From an uncultured Bacteroidota bacterium (GTDB taxonomy: Bacteria; Bacteroidota; Bacteroidia; Flavobacteriales; Flavobacteriaceae): a stretch of DNA of 64,000 nucleotides. The position numbers were made by a program, and so were the translations under genes. The DNA lies in the NCBI GenBank assembly GCA_902586435.1, contig CACIHJ010000004.1, positions 3,875-67,874 of the forward strand, written 5' to 3'. Below the pieces are notes generated by a model. That model was not told where the DNA came from and made no database searches. It was given only the letters and a program-made list of their open reading frames with translations. The number at the start of each line of letters is the position of its first letter. Position 1 is the stretch's first letter. Shown piece by piece: positions 9,554-20,417 of the stretch.

Positions 9554-10276
9554 ATGTCTAATCAATCTAAAGCCATTGTTCTTCATTCAATAAAATATGG
9601 AGAGACCAGCTTAATTGTTAATTGTTTTCTTTATGATATTGGGGTAAAATCATTTATGGTTAAGGGTGTTTTAAACTCAAAAAATAAAAAATTTAGAAAA
9701 TCTTATTTTTTACCACTATCCATCATAGACATAAACTACTCAATTAAGAAAAATAAAGATATTGGATATATATCAGATGCAAAGCCTTCAAAAATTTTTA
9801 TCACTCTTCATGTAGATTTATTTAAAAGCTCTGTTATTATTTTTCTTGGTGAATTATTAAACTCTGTTTTAAAGGAGAGTCCAGGGTCAAATAAAAAATT
9901 GTTTGATTATCTCGAGAATGCCATTATATGGTTTGACGAATCAACCAAAGAAGTTAATTTTCATTTAAAAATATTGGTTGATTTAACAAAGTTTATAGGG
10001 TTCTACCCAAATATTAAAGAAGAATCACATAAATTTTTTGACCTAAACTTAGGAGTATCCCTAGGGAGTAAACCTATTGGAAATTATATCAAAGATCCTG
10101 AATTAAAAAAATTAAAACAATTATTAGGCACGACTTTTGAGGATTTACATACTATGAAGATTGATAATTTATTAAGAGAAAAAATGTTAGGGTTAATGAT
10201 TGATTATTATTCTTTACATTTACAAATGTTCAAAAGTCCTAAATCAATAAATATTTTTAATGAAGTATTTAAATAA
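9554..10276 (+). CDS. recO: DNA repair protein RecO
   Basis: Size and N-terminal OB-fold pattern (AIVLHSIKYGETSLIV). Confidence 0.7.
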   Translation: MSNQSKAIVLHSIKYGETSLIVNCFLYDIGVKSFMVKGVLNSKNKKFRKSYFLPLSIIDINYSIKKNKDIGYISDAKPSKIFITLHVDLFKSSVIIFLGELLNSVLKESPGSNKKLFDYLENAIIWFDESTKEVNFHLKILVDLTKFIGFYPNIKEESHKFFDLNLGVSLGSKPIGNYIKDPELKKLKQLLGTTFEDLHTMKIDNLLREKMLGLMIDYYSLHLQMFKSPKSINIFNEVFK

Positions 10277-12746
10277 AATAACTACCCTGGGACTATGTTT
10301 TGTTTTAGCTCTAGGAAATGCTTTCTCACAAGAAATTACTGTTAGAGATTCTAAAACTTCATCACCTTTATCAAATGTATATATATATAATGAGTCTAAA
10401 ACAAAATCTATTATCACAAATGATCAAGGGCAGGCTTCACTTTCAAACTTTTCATCAGATGAAAAAGTTTATTTTCAACTTCTTGGTTATACTTTATTAG
10501 AATTACAGCTCTCTGAATTTTTAAACAATTCCTTTGATCTTTATTTAGACTCAAAGAGTCAAAATTTAGATGAAGTAATACTATCTGTTGCTAGATCTGA
10601 GTCAAATGCTAATGAAATTGCCGAAAAAGTATCTGTCATTAAAGCTGAGGATTTATACTTGACAGCCCCTTCATCAGGAGCAGAAATGCTTGAGCTAAGC
10701 CCAGGAATTAGAATTCAAAAATCACAAGGAGGTGGGGGGAGCCCAGTTATCAGAGGCTTTGAAGCAAATAGGGTTCTAATAGTTGTGGATGGTGTTAGGA
10801 TGAATAATGCAATATATAGATCGGGGCATCTTCAAAACTCTATAACCATTGATCCAAACAATATTGATAGAGTTGAAATAATTTATGGTTCTTCTTCAGT
10901 TGGTTATGGATCCGATGCACTTGGAGGTGTAGTCCATTATTATACAAAGAATCCTACAATTAAGGATTCTATCAAAATTAAAAGCTCTTTCTCTTCTAAT
11001 TTTAATACAGCAAACTCTAATATTTCAAATAGCTTTTCAACTAATTATAGTGAAGAAACATGGGGTATGTTTAGTACAATATCAATATCAAAGTTTGGTA
11101 ACATAAAGATGGGTGAAAGAAGAGGGCATGGCTATCAAAGCTGGGGGCTTAATAATTATTATTCTGAAAATTCAAGGTATAGCTTCAGAGATCAACCGAG
11201 CTATAATGAAGAGCCTAATATTCAACAAAACACTGACTATAGTCAAGTAGATTTTTTTCAGAAATTTCTTTTCAAACTTCCTTATCAAAATTTATTAAAC
11301 CTGAATATTCAATATTCTGAATCTTCAGATATTGATAGATATGATAAATTAAGTGAGGAGAAAAATGGTGAATTAAAATTTAGTGAATGGTACTATGGCC
11401 CTCAAAAAAGGTTATTAGTTTCTCCTAGCCTTAAATTCTTTTCTCAAAATCCTTTATTAAAAAGAGGTAGGATTACACTGGCTTACCAGATGGTTCAAGA
11501 GTCTAGAATTAATAGAAAGTTTAATAGTCTAATAAGATCATCACAGCTAGAAAAGGTTAACCTTTTTAGCCTTAATGGAGATTTTGATACGTCATTTGAT
11601 AACGGTCATGCCATCTCCTATGGAATTGAAGGAACTGTTAATAGTGTTAGATCAAATGCGTATAGTCAAAATATTGTAATTAATGGTAATGAAATTTCAA
11701 ACTTAGGGCCCAAAACAAATATTCCAACACGTTATCCTAGTGATGGCAGTTCCTATAAAAGTTTTGCAATGTATGTTAATTGGACATGGAATATGAATGA
11801 TTTTTTCACTTTTAATGCAGGAACTAGATTAACCTATACTGGATTACGTGCCAGCTGGAAAGAGTCTGCGTCAATAAATGCTCAACTTTCAAATGTTAAA
11901 CTTAATTCAAGTGCATTAACGACAACCTTATCTATGACTTTAAGACCATCTAAAAAGTTTCAGGTAATGACGGTGTTGTCAAGTGGTTTTAGAAATCCAA
12001 ATATAGATGATATCGGAAAAATAAGAGAGAACAATGGAATCCTTGTTGTCCCAAACACTTTTTTAAAACCTGAATATGCATATAATCTTGATTTGGGTAT
12101 AAACTATAGGTCACTTAATGAATTAACATATTTGTCCTTAAGAACATTTGCTACTGTTATTTCTCGTCACATTGTTAGGGATGACTTTATTATATTTTCC
12201 GATAATACTACTCCTGATGAATCCACAATTTTATACAATGGAGAAGAGGTAACTACTATTGCAAATAAAAATTTAGGAAATAGATTTATCCATGGATACT
12301 CAATTGATGGTTTTTCATATTTTTCAAGATCTTTAAAATTGAATGGAAGTTTAAGCTATGTTAAAGGAGACGAAAACGAAACATATGGGCCTATGCCATC
12401 TATCTCTCCTATTTTTGGGACTATTTCTGGAGAGTACACTAAAGATAAAATTAAGATAAGCGCTCTTTATAAATTCAGTGGAGATAAGAGTCCTAAAGAT
12501 TATAGCTTAGGCGGGGAGGATGGTCTTGAAGAGACACCGGTAATCACTGAAAACAGTAATGGTATTATATATGCTGGAACACCAAAATGGTCAGATTTTT
12601 CTATTTATACAAATTATGATATTTCTGAAGATGTTAAGATCCGCATTGCACTAACTAATATTTTTGATAATCATTATAGAACTTTTGCTTCTGGAATATC
12701 TGCACCTGGACGATCGTTTCAAATAGGATTATATTTAAAATTATAA
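10260..12746 (+). CDS. TonB-dependent receptor with CarboxypepD_reg-like N-terminal domain
   Basis: Signal peptide, plug motifs (VIRGFEANRVLIVVDGVRMNNA), long barrel, C-terminal aromatic region. Confidence 0.85.
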   Translation: MKYLNKITTLGLCFVLALGNAFSQEITVRDSKTSSPLSNVYIYNESKTKSIITNDQGQASLSNFSSDEKVYFQLLGYTLLELQLSEFLNNSFDLYLDSKSQNLDEVILSVARSESNANEIAEKVSVIKAEDLYLTAPSSGAEMLELSPGIRIQKSQGGGGSPVIRGFEANRVLIVVDGVRMNNAIYRSGHLQNSITIDPNNIDRVEIIYGSSSVGYGSDALGGVVHYYTKNPTIKDSIKIKSSFSSNFNTANSNISNSFSTNYSEETWGMFSTISISKFGNIKMGERRGHGYQSWGLNNYYSENSRYSFRDQPSYNEEPNIQQNTDYSQVDFFQKFLFKLPYQNLLNLNIQYSESSDIDRYDKLSEEKNGELKFSEWYYGPQKRLLVSPSLKFFSQNPLLKRGRITLAYQMVQESRINRKFNSLIRSSQLEKVNLFSLNGDFDTSFDNGHAISYGIEGTVNSVRSNAYSQNIVINGNEISNLGPKTNIPTRYPSDGSSYKSFAMYVNWTWNMNDFFTFNAGTRLTYTGLRASWKESASINAQLSNVKLNSSALTTTLSMTLRPSKKFQVMTVLSSGFRNPNIDDIGKIRENNGILVVPNTFLKPEYAYNLDLGINYRSLNELTYLSLRTFATVISRHIVRDDFIIFSDNTTPDESTILYNGEEVTTIANKNLGNRFIHGYSIDGFSYFSRSLKLNGSLSYVKGDENETYGPMPSISPIFGTISGEYTKDKIKISALYKFSGDKSPKDYSLGGEDGLEETPVITENSNGIIYAGTPKWSDFSIYTNYDISEDVKIRIALTNIFDNHYRTFASGISAPGRSFQIGLYLKL

Positions 12747-12811
12747 TCCTATGGATTTGTATTCTTTTAATAAACTAAAATCATTATTTTCGCCTATCAT
12801 AGCTCACACTG

Positions 12812-15800
12812 ATGCCATTTAAAGAAGTTAAAGATTTATCATTAAATAACATCTCTCTAGAGACAGTAAAACTCTGGAAGAAAAATGATGTGTTTAATAA
12901 AAGTTTTAATAAAAAAGATGCTGACCCATTTATTTTTTATGAAGGACCTCCATCTGCAAATGGACAGCCAGGGATTCATCATGTTATGGCAAGAACGATT
13001 AAAGACATTTTCTGTAGATACAAGACGCTTAAAGGTTATAATGTAGTTAGAAAAGCAGGTTGGGACACTCATGGGCTTCCAATAGAATTAGGTGTAGAAA
13101 AAGAGCTTGGTATTACAAAAGATGATATTGGGAGCAAGATAAGTATTAAAGATTATAATACGGAATGTAAAAAAGCTGTTATGAAATATACATCTGATTG
13201 GGAATCCTTAACTGAATTGATGGGGTTTTGGATTGATATGTCAGACCCATATGTAACATATACACCTAAGTATATGGAGTCAATATGGTGGCTGCTAAAA
13301 GAATTCCATAAAAAAAATCTTTTATATAAGGGCTATACTATTCAACCATATTCTCCAGCTGCAGGAACAGGGCTTAGTTCTCATGAGCTTAATCAACCAG
13401 GTGCTTATAAAAATATAACTGATACTTCAATTGTTGCTCAATTTAAATGTGTTGATGAAGGTTTATCTGATAATCTAAAGCCTCTTTTCCCATTTTACTT
13501 TTTAGCTTGGACTACTACACCATGGACACTTCCTTCAAATACAGCCTTGGCAGTTGGTATGAAAATTTCCTATTCATTTATAAAAACTTATAATCAATAT
13601 ACCTATCAACCGATTACTGTTGTGCTAGCAAATGATTTGATAAAAAATGTTTTTTCCAAGAAATATATAGAGGTTAAAACTTATGAAGAGCTAGAAAAGT
13701 TTGATAAAAATTCTACAAACATTCCGTATTTAATTTGTGAAGAGCTGAAAGGTAAAAATTTAATTGGTTTAAATTACGAACAGATCTGGGCAGAGTCTCC
13801 AGTTCCAGTTGATAGTCCAGAAAATGCCTTTAGAGTTATCGCTGGTGATTTTGTTACCACTGATGAAGGGACAGGAATAGTTCATACTGCACCTACATTT
13901 GGAATGGATGACTATGTAGTTGCTATAAACGCCAACCCACCTGTTCCAGCGCTATTATGTTTTGATGATAATGGTAATAAAGTTCCATTAGTTGATCTTA
14001 AAGGAAAATTTGTGAAAAAAATTGGGCAATTATCTGAAAAATTTGTGAAAAACGATTTTTATCCAGAGGGAAAATCTCCTAAAAAATCAGTTGATGTTGA
14101 GATTGCAATAAAACTTAAAGAGGAAAATCTAGCTTTTAAGGTTGAAAAGTATTCTCACTCATATCCACATTGCTGGAGAACGGATAAGCCTGTTTTATAT
14201 TACCCCATGGATTCGTGGTTTATAAGAGTTAGTAGTCATAAAGAAAAGATGGTTAATTTCAATAAATCAATTAACTGGAATCCAAAGTCTACAGGTGACG
14301 GTAGGTTTGGAAATTGGCTAGCGCAAGCAAACGATTGGAATTTATCAAGATCTAGGTATTGGGGTGTGCCAATTCCAATTTGGATAAATCATGATGGTAC
14401 TGAACAAAAAATAATTGGATCAGTAGAAGAGTTAATTAAAGAAATTCGATTATCTGTAAAACATGGGATCATGAAAGAAAATCCTTTTGAAAATTTTGAA
14501 ATTGGAGATATGAGTAATGATAATTATGATAAGATTGACCTTCATAAAGATGTAATTGATAAAATAATTTTATGTTCTTCAAAAAATGAGCCTATGGAAA
14601 GAGAAAATGATATAATTGATGTATGGTTTGATTCTGGATCGATGCCATATGCTCAACTTCATTATCCTTTTGAAAATAAAGAATTAATAGACGATGGAAA
14701 AGCTTTTCCAGCGGACTTTATTGCGGAGGGCGTTGATCAAACGAGAGGTTGGTTTTATACTCTACACGTAATTTCAACCTTAATATTTGATTCGATAGCA
14801 TATAAGAATGTAATTTCCAATGGACTAGTGCTTGATAAAGAGGGTCAAAAGATGTCTAAACGACTTGGCAATTCAATCGATCCTTTTATAACATTAAAAA
14901 CTTATGGCGCTGATGCAACAAGATGGTACTTGATGTATAATTCTAATCCATGGGATAATTTAAAGTTTAATGAGGAAGGGCTATCAGAAGTTCATAGAAA
15001 ATTTTTTGGTACTCTTCATAATGTCTATTCATTTTTCAGTCTTTATGCCAATATTGATGGATTTAATTACTCAGAAAAAAAGATTGACGTTAATGAGCGT
15101 TCAGAAATTGATAAGTGGATTATCTCTGAATTAAATTCTCTTATTGAATTAGTTGATCAAAAATATAGCGAATACGATCCTACACCTGTTGCTAGGGCAA
15201 TCTATGATTTTGTACAAGAGAAATTAAGTAATTGGTATGTTAGGCTTTCTAGAAGAAGATTTTGGAAAGGAGAATATAATCATGATAAAATATCTGCATA
15301 TCAAACATTATTCGAGTGTATTTTAGCTGTTGCAAAACTAAGCTGCCCTATTGCTCCATTTTATTCGGACTTCTTATATAAATGTTTAACTGAGAGCACT
15401 GGCTATGAAAAATTAGAATCTATTCACCTTTCATCATTTCCTGTAAAAAATGATTCAAATATTGATAAAGATCTTGAAGACAGGATAAATAAAATAAGAA
15501 ATATTTGTTCTTTAGCTCTTTCAATTAGAAAGAAGGAAGGTATCAAAGTAAGACAACCATTGGCCAAAATATTTATTCCGATTAGAAATAAAAAAGAAAT
15601 GAGTGAAATAGACAATGCAAGAGAGCAAATAGTCTCTGAAATTAATGTTAAAAATATTGAATATTTGGATAGTACTAATTCATTACTAGTAAAGGAGTTA
15701 AAGCCTAATTTTAAAACACTTGGACCTAGATTTGGTAATAAGTTAAATAAAATAGTTGCAGAAATAAGACAGCTAGATCCAGAAAAGTTTAATGAGGATA

Positions 15801-16204
15801 AGGGTATTGAGATAAATTTAGATAAAGAAAAGATTGTTTTATCAAAAGATGATATAGAAGTGCATTATAAAGACATAGAGGGGCTTTCTGTTGCTTCTGG
15901 AAATGGAGTAACTATTGCTATCGACCTTGAGCTTAATGAAACTCTTATGGAAGAAGGTATCGCTAGAGAATTAATTAGCCGAATTCAGAATCTTAGAAAG
16001 GCCTCTGGATTTGAAGTAACAGATAAAATAGAGGTAAAAATTAAGAAAGATCCTAAGCTAATATCCCCAATTAAAAATAATTTAAACTACATTTTAAGTG
16101 AAATTCTTGCAACAAAATTATATTTTAGCGATGATTTTGAAAAAAATGACGAAACCATCGAATTTGATGAGATAAAAACAGCTATTAATTTAAAAAAAGT
16201 TTAA
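12812..16204 (+). CDS. ileS: Isoleucine--tRNA ligase
   Basis: HIGH-type PPSANGQPGIHHV, the KMSKRLGN motif, and a length of 1130 aa. Confidence 0.95.
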   Translation: MPFKEVKDLSLNNISLETVKLWKKNDVFNKSFNKKDADPFIFYEGPPSANGQPGIHHVMARTIKDIFCRYKTLKGYNVVRKAGWDTHGLPIELGVEKELGITKDDIGSKISIKDYNTECKKAVMKYTSDWESLTELMGFWIDMSDPYVTYTPKYMESIWWLLKEFHKKNLLYKGYTIQPYSPAAGTGLSSHELNQPGAYKNITDTSIVAQFKCVDEGLSDNLKPLFPFYFLAWTTTPWTLPSNTALAVGMKISYSFIKTYNQYTYQPITVVLANDLIKNVFSKKYIEVKTYEELEKFDKNSTNIPYLICEELKGKNLIGLNYEQIWAESPVPVDSPENAFRVIAGDFVTTDEGTGIVHTAPTFGMDDYVVAINANPPVPALLCFDDNGNKVPLVDLKGKFVKKIGQLSEKFVKNDFYPEGKSPKKSVDVEIAIKLKEENLAFKVEKYSHSYPHCWRTDKPVLYYPMDSWFIRVSSHKEKMVNFNKSINWNPKSTGDGRFGNWLAQANDWNLSRSRYWGVPIPIWINHDGTEQKIIGSVEELIKEIRLSVKHGIMKENPFENFEIGDMSNDNYDKIDLHKDVIDKIILCSSKNEPMERENDIIDVWFDSGSMPYAQLHYPFENKELIDDGKAFPADFIAEGVDQTRGWFYTLHVISTLIFDSIAYKNVISNGLVLDKEGQKMSKRLGNSIDPFITLKTYGADATRWYLMYNSNPWDNLKFNEEGLSEVHRKFFGTLHNVYSFFSLYANIDGFNYSEKKIDVNERSEIDKWIISELNSLIELVDQKYSEYDPTPVARAIYDFVQEKLSNWYVRLSRRRFWKGEYNHDKISAYQTLFECILAVAKLSCPIAPFYSDFLYKCLTESTGYEKLESIHLSSFPVKNDSNIDKDLEDRINKIRNICSLALSIRKKEGIKVRQPLAKIFIPIRNKKEMSEIDNAREQIVSEINVKNIEYLDSTNSLLVKELKPNFKTLGPRFGNKLNKIVAEIRQLDPEKFNEDKGIEINLDKEKIVLSKDDIEVHYKDIEGLSVASGNGVTIAIDLELNETLMEEGIARELISRIQNLRKASGFEVTDKIEVKIKKDPKLISPIKNNLNYILSEILATKLYFSDDFEKNDETIEFDEIKTAINLKKV

Positions 16205-16205
16205 T

Positions 16206-16589
16206 ATGGCAGGGAGAACAAAAACCAGATATACAGACAAAGAGTTAGAAAGATTTAAAAAGCTTATAATGCAAAAAATTGATCAAGCTAAACAAGATCT
16301 TGATCTTTTAAAAAGCGCCTATATGAATGATAGTGATAATGGAACTGACGATACTTCTCCAACATTTAAAGCATTTGAAGAAGGATCAGAAACAATGTCT
16401 AAAGAGGCCAACACTCAGCTTGCACTTAGGCAAGAAAAATTTATTAGAGATTTGAAAAATGCGCTGATTAGAATTGAAAATAAGACATATGGAGTGTGTA
16501 GGGTAACTGGCAAATTGATTACAAAAAAAAGATTAATGGTTGTCCCACATGCCACTCTTAGCATAGAGGCAAAGAATATGCAGAATTAA
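16206..16589 (+). CDS. DksA/TraR-family protein (zinc-finger cysteines mostly absent)
   Basis: Coiled-coil followed by YGVCRVTGKLI...VPHATLS. Lies between ileS and lspA. Confidence 0.7.
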   Translation: MAGRTKTRYTDKELERFKKLIMQKIDQAKQDLDLLKSAYMNDSDNGTDDTSPTFKAFEEGSETMSKEANTQLALRQEKFIRDLKNALIRIENKTYGVCRVTGKLITKKRLMVVPHATLSIEAKNMQN

Positions 16590-16609
16590 TAAATTATACC
16601 TGTTGAAAA

Positions 16610-17248
16610 TTGATTATAAAGAAATTAGATATAAAAAAAGGATTTATTTTTGTTCTAATACTACTATTTTTTGATCAACTCCTTAAGTTCTATATTAAAC
16701 TTAATTTCCCTCTTACTTTGTATGGTCAGCCAGCAATAATTGACCTTGGGTTTTTTAAACTACTATTTATTGAAAATGAAGGAATGGCAATGGGAGCAAG
16801 ACTAAATAATATATTCCCTTTTCTCAGTGACTATTCAGCAAAGTTAAGCTTAACAATGTTTAGATTAATTGCTGTTGTAGGTATTGGCTACTGGTTAATA
16901 AGTGCGTTGAAAAATAACAAGTCAAATTTATTCAAAATTACACTATGTTTAATTTTTGCAGGAGCATTAGGAAATATTATTGATTCTGTTTTTTATGGGC
17001 AGTGGTTTTCCAGTAGTTATGGTCAAGTAGCTACATTTTTACCTGAGACAGGCTATGCTCCAATTTTTTTTGGTAATGTAGTTGACATGCTTCAATTTCC
17101 TATTTTAACTTGGGTTTGGCCACAATGGCTTCCATTTATTGGCGGGCAATCCTTTACTTTTTTTGAGTACGTTTTTAATTTTGCAGACGCATATATTAGC
17201 ACAGGTGTCTTAATATTGATTTTTTTTAATAAAAGATTCAGCTACTAA
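16610..17248 (+). CDS. lspA: Lipoprotein signal peptidase II
   Basis: Four TM helices with GNIIDS and FNFADAYIS motifs. Starts with TTG. Confidence 0.85.
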   Translation: MIIKKLDIKKGFIFVLILLFFDQLLKFYIKLNFPLTLYGQPAIIDLGFFKLLFIENEGMAMGARLNNIFPFLSDYSAKLSLTMFRLIAVVGIGYWLISALKNNKSNLFKITLCLIFAGALGNIIDSVFYGQWFSSSYGQVATFLPETGYAPIFFGNVVDMLQFPILTWVWPQWLPFIGGQSFTFFEYVFNFADAYISTGVLILIFFNKRFSY

Positions 17249-17820
17249 TCAGTTCTAAAATTATAAATTTTTTCTGGTGTTACACACATATCTAATGTTA
17301 TGTCAGTTTTACTAATTCCTTTTATAAAGTCTACTGGTTCAAAAAAAGATAATCCTATCTTTAAGCAAGATCTCCTTGTCTTCTTAAGAAATCTATCATA
17401 GTATCCTCCCCCATACCCTACTCTATTTCCATGTTTGTCAAAACACAATAATGGGATAAAAACAACTTCAATTTCAGCTGGCAAGATCTCTTTTGTAGAG
17501 TCTGGCTCTAAGATTTTAAATCTATTTTCTACAAATCTTGTTTTTTTATTTATTAGTATGTGCATTAAATCTTTATCTGCAAGGATTTTTGATGTAGCAA
17601 CAATCTTATTTAAGCTATATAAATAAGAGAGTATTCTTTTAGTCTCAACTTCTCTTTTTTCTTCAGAACTAATAAATAAATGGAAGGTCTCTTTTTTATT
17701 TATAGGCAACTTCTTAACAAGAGAAAAAATTTTATCACTTAAACTATCTATCTCCTTTTTTAGCAGCTTCATTCTGAATTCTTGAAACTTTGTGCGATAA
17801 AATTTTTTATCATTATTCAT
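17245..17820 (-). CDS. 5-formyltetrahydrofolate cyclo-ligase
   Basis: RVGYGGGYYDRFL motif and a length of 191 aa. Confidence 0.8.
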   Translation of the reverse strand: MNNDKKFYRTKFQEFRMKLLKKEIDSLSDKIFSLVKKLPINKKETFHLFISSEEKREVETKRILSYLYSLNKIVATSKILADKDLMHILINKKTRFVENRFKILEPDSTKEILPAEIEVVFIPLLCFDKHGNRVGYGGGYYDRFLKKTRRSCLKIGLSFFEPVDFIKGISKTDITLDMCVTPEKIYNFRTD

Positions 17821-17854
17821 TAAAAACTCTTTGTTTAAAAACTAAAAATAGAGT

Positions 17855-17862
17855 TAATTTTG
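17855..17862 (+). promoter_or_regulatory. Candidate -7 box (TAnnTTTG)
   Basis: TAATTTTG ends 6 nt before the uvrC GTG at 17868. Confidence 0.3.
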
Positions 17863-17867
17863 CTTAA

Positions 17868-19598
17868 GTGAAAACAAGGTCAATTAAAATTCAAGTCAAA
17901 TCATTACCCAATTCCCCTGGAGTATATCAGTTTCTTAATAAAGAAGGGGTGATTATATATATTGGCAAAGCTAAAAATCTCAAAAAAAGAGCTACCTCAT
18001 ATTTCACGAAAAATCATGATAGTAATAAGGTTAAATTATTAGTGAAGAATATAAATAGCATAGAATCAATAGTTGTTGATACTGAAATGGATGCACTCTT
18101 ATTAGAAAACTCATTAATTAAAAAACATCAGCCAAAATATAATGTCCAATTAAAGGACGGTAAAACATACCCTTGGATATGTATTGATAAATATCCTGTG
18201 CCAAAAATTTATTATACTAGAAAGACAAACAAAAAAGATTGTGAATATTTTGGACCATTTGCAAGCGTACATAGTGCAAAATTTCTAATAAAGCTTATAA
18301 AAGATTTACACCCTTTTTTAAATCATGATCTGAATCATTTATTAAAAAAAGAGTCAAATGAAAACATTATTCATAAGTTCGAAAAAAACATAAAATCTAT
18401 TCGGTCTATGATTAAGGGAAATTTTAAATCGTCCATAAATAACTTTAAATCAGAAATGAAGATTTATTCAAATTCTATGGAATATGAAAAGGCAAATGAA
18501 GTAAAAGAGAAGCTTCAAATCCTTCATAATTACCAGGCTAAATCAACAGTTGTAAGTCCAAAAATTAATAATATTGATGTCTTCTCTATAATATCTGATA
18601 AATCATATGCTTTTGTTAATTTTCTGCAAGTTTCCTATGGCTCTATTGTTGCTTCTCATACAATGGAAATTAAAAAAAGACTAAACGAATCAGATGCAGA
18701 GCTTCTTCAAATTGCAATTATAGAAATCAAACAAAGGTTTTTTTCAAACTCTTCGGAAATATGTGTTCCTTTCAAAATAAATTTAGGTGAGTCAATTAAA
18801 ATAACGATTCCAAAAAGTGGAGATAAAAAAAGTTTGATTGATCTTTCTTTAAGAAATGCAAAATTCTTTAGGATAGATAAATTAAAACAAATTAAAATAG
18901 TAGACCCAGAAGCTCATGTTGAAAGAATATTGTCACAGGCTAAGCTAGATCTTAAACTACAAAAAACCCCCTACCATATAGAATGTTTTGATAATTCCAA
19001 TTTAATGGGGACAAGCCCTGTTAGCTCTTGTGTTGTTTTTAAAAATGCTAAGGCTTCAAAAAAAGATTATAGGCTATATAAAATAAATGATATTGAAGGC
19101 CCTGATGATTTTGCCTCCATGGAACAAGTAGTATATAGAAGATTAAAAAGGTTAACCAAAGAAAAAAAGAGCTTGCCAGATTTAATCATAGTAGATGGGG
19201 GTAAAGGTCAACTCTCTGCGGGCCTAAAAAGTATTATGAAACTTAAACTAGAGGGAAAAGTTGCAATTATTGGAATTGCAAAAAAACTTGAAGAAATTTT
19301 TGTGCCAGGAGACAGGCTTCCTCTTTATATAAATAAAACATCTGAAACTCTTAAACTAATTCAACAACTGAGAAATGAAGCACATAGATTTGCAATTAAT
19401 TTTCACAGAAAGCTAAGAAGCAAAGATACTTTTGAATCACAACTTGATAATATAGTAGGTATAGGGCCCAAAACAAGTAAATTACTATTATCTAAATACA
19501 AATCATTTAAAAGAATTAAGAAAGCAAATGAAGAAGATCTTATAGAATTATTAGGTAAGGCAAAAGGTAAATCTCTATTTAATCAGCTTAAAAGTTAA
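17868..19598 (+). CDS. uvrC: Excinuclease ABC subunit C
   Basis: GIY-YIG motif (GVYQFLNKEGVIIYIGKAKNLKKR) and a C-terminal HhH region. Confidence 0.9.
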   Translation: MKTRSIKIQVKSLPNSPGVYQFLNKEGVIIYIGKAKNLKKRATSYFTKNHDSNKVKLLVKNINSIESIVVDTEMDALLLENSLIKKHQPKYNVQLKDGKTYPWICIDKYPVPKIYYTRKTNKKDCEYFGPFASVHSAKFLIKLIKDLHPFLNHDLNHLLKKESNENIIHKFEKNIKSIRSMIKGNFKSSINNFKSEMKIYSNSMEYEKANEVKEKLQILHNYQAKSTVVSPKINNIDVFSIISDKSYAFVNFLQVSYGSIVASHTMEIKKRLNESDAELLQIAIIEIKQRFFSNSSEICVPFKINLGESIKITIPKSGDKKSLIDLSLRNAKFFRIDKLKQIKIVDPEAHVERILSQAKLDLKLQKTPYHIECFDNSNLMGTSPVSSCVVFKNAKASKKDYRLYKINDIEGPDDFASMEQVVYRRLKRLTKEKKSLPDLIIVDGGKGQLSAGLKSIMKLKLEGKVAIIGIAKKLEEIFVPGDRLPLYINKTSETLKLIQQLRNEAHRFAINFHRKLRSKDTFESQLDNIVGIGPKTSKLLLSKYKSFKRIKKANEEDLIELLGKAKGKSLFNQLKS

Positions 19599-19624
19599 TT
19601 TTTGATTAATTTTGAAATATAAAG

Positions 19625-20416
19625 ATGAAAATTAACTTATTATTATTATCACTAATCTTCAGTTGTAATTTAATTTTCAGCCAAAATATCAATGTCGAAT
19701 CAATTAATAGGTTTGACACCGGAGAGCTTCTAGAATATAGACTTCATTATGGTATTTTTAATACAAGTTATGCGTCGTTAAAACTTAATAATGTTATTCT
19801 TGATAATAAATCTGTTTACCATGCTGCAGGTTATGGAAAAACTACTGGTTTAGCAAGATTATTTTTTAAAGTTGAAGATTACTATGACAGTTATTTTGAT
19901 ACAAGTTCAATCAACCCGCTATTCTTTAAAAGAAATATTGATGAGGGCGGATACACTAAAAATCTAGAAATAGTTTTTGACCAAGAAGAACAAATGGCAT
20001 ACATTAATAATATAAAGGAGAACAAGAGATCAGAGGTTAAAACCGCAGCAAACTCTCAAGATTTAATTTCATCGTTATACTACTTGAGAAAGTTTTTTAA
20101 AAAAGAGGATATTAAAGAGAACGAGTATTTTAATATCAATATGTTTTACGATTCAAAAAATCGTTTTTTTGAATTACAATACTTAGGGACGGAAGTAATA
20201 AGGACTAGGTTTGGAAAAATTGAATGTCTAAAATTTAAACCAACAACCAAAAGAAGCAGAATATTTAGAGGTGAAGGGAGTATTACTATATGGCTATCAA
20301 ATGATCAAAACAGAATACCTGTCAGAATTCAAGCAGATCTTTTAATTGGATCTATAAAAGCCGATTTAAATAATTTTGATGGTTTAATAAAACCATTAGT
20401 AGTTAAAACAAATTAA
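19625..20416 (+). CDS. DUF3108-like secreted protein
   Basis: Signal peptide plus YRLHYG and KADL motifs. Family assigned from memory. Confidence 0.5.
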   Translation: MKINLLLLSLIFSCNLIFSQNINVESINRFDTGELLEYRLHYGIFNTSYASLKLNNVILDNKSVYHAAGYGKTTGLARLFFKVEDYYDSYFDTSSINPLFFKRNIDEGGYTKNLEIVFDQEEQMAYINNIKENKRSEVKTAANSQDLISSLYYLRKFFKKEDIKENEYFNINMFYDSKNRFFELQYLGTEVIRTRFGKIECLKFKPTTKRSRIFRGEGSITIWLSNDQNRIPVRIQADLLIGSIKADLNNFDGLIKPLVVKTN

Positions 20417-20417
20417 T

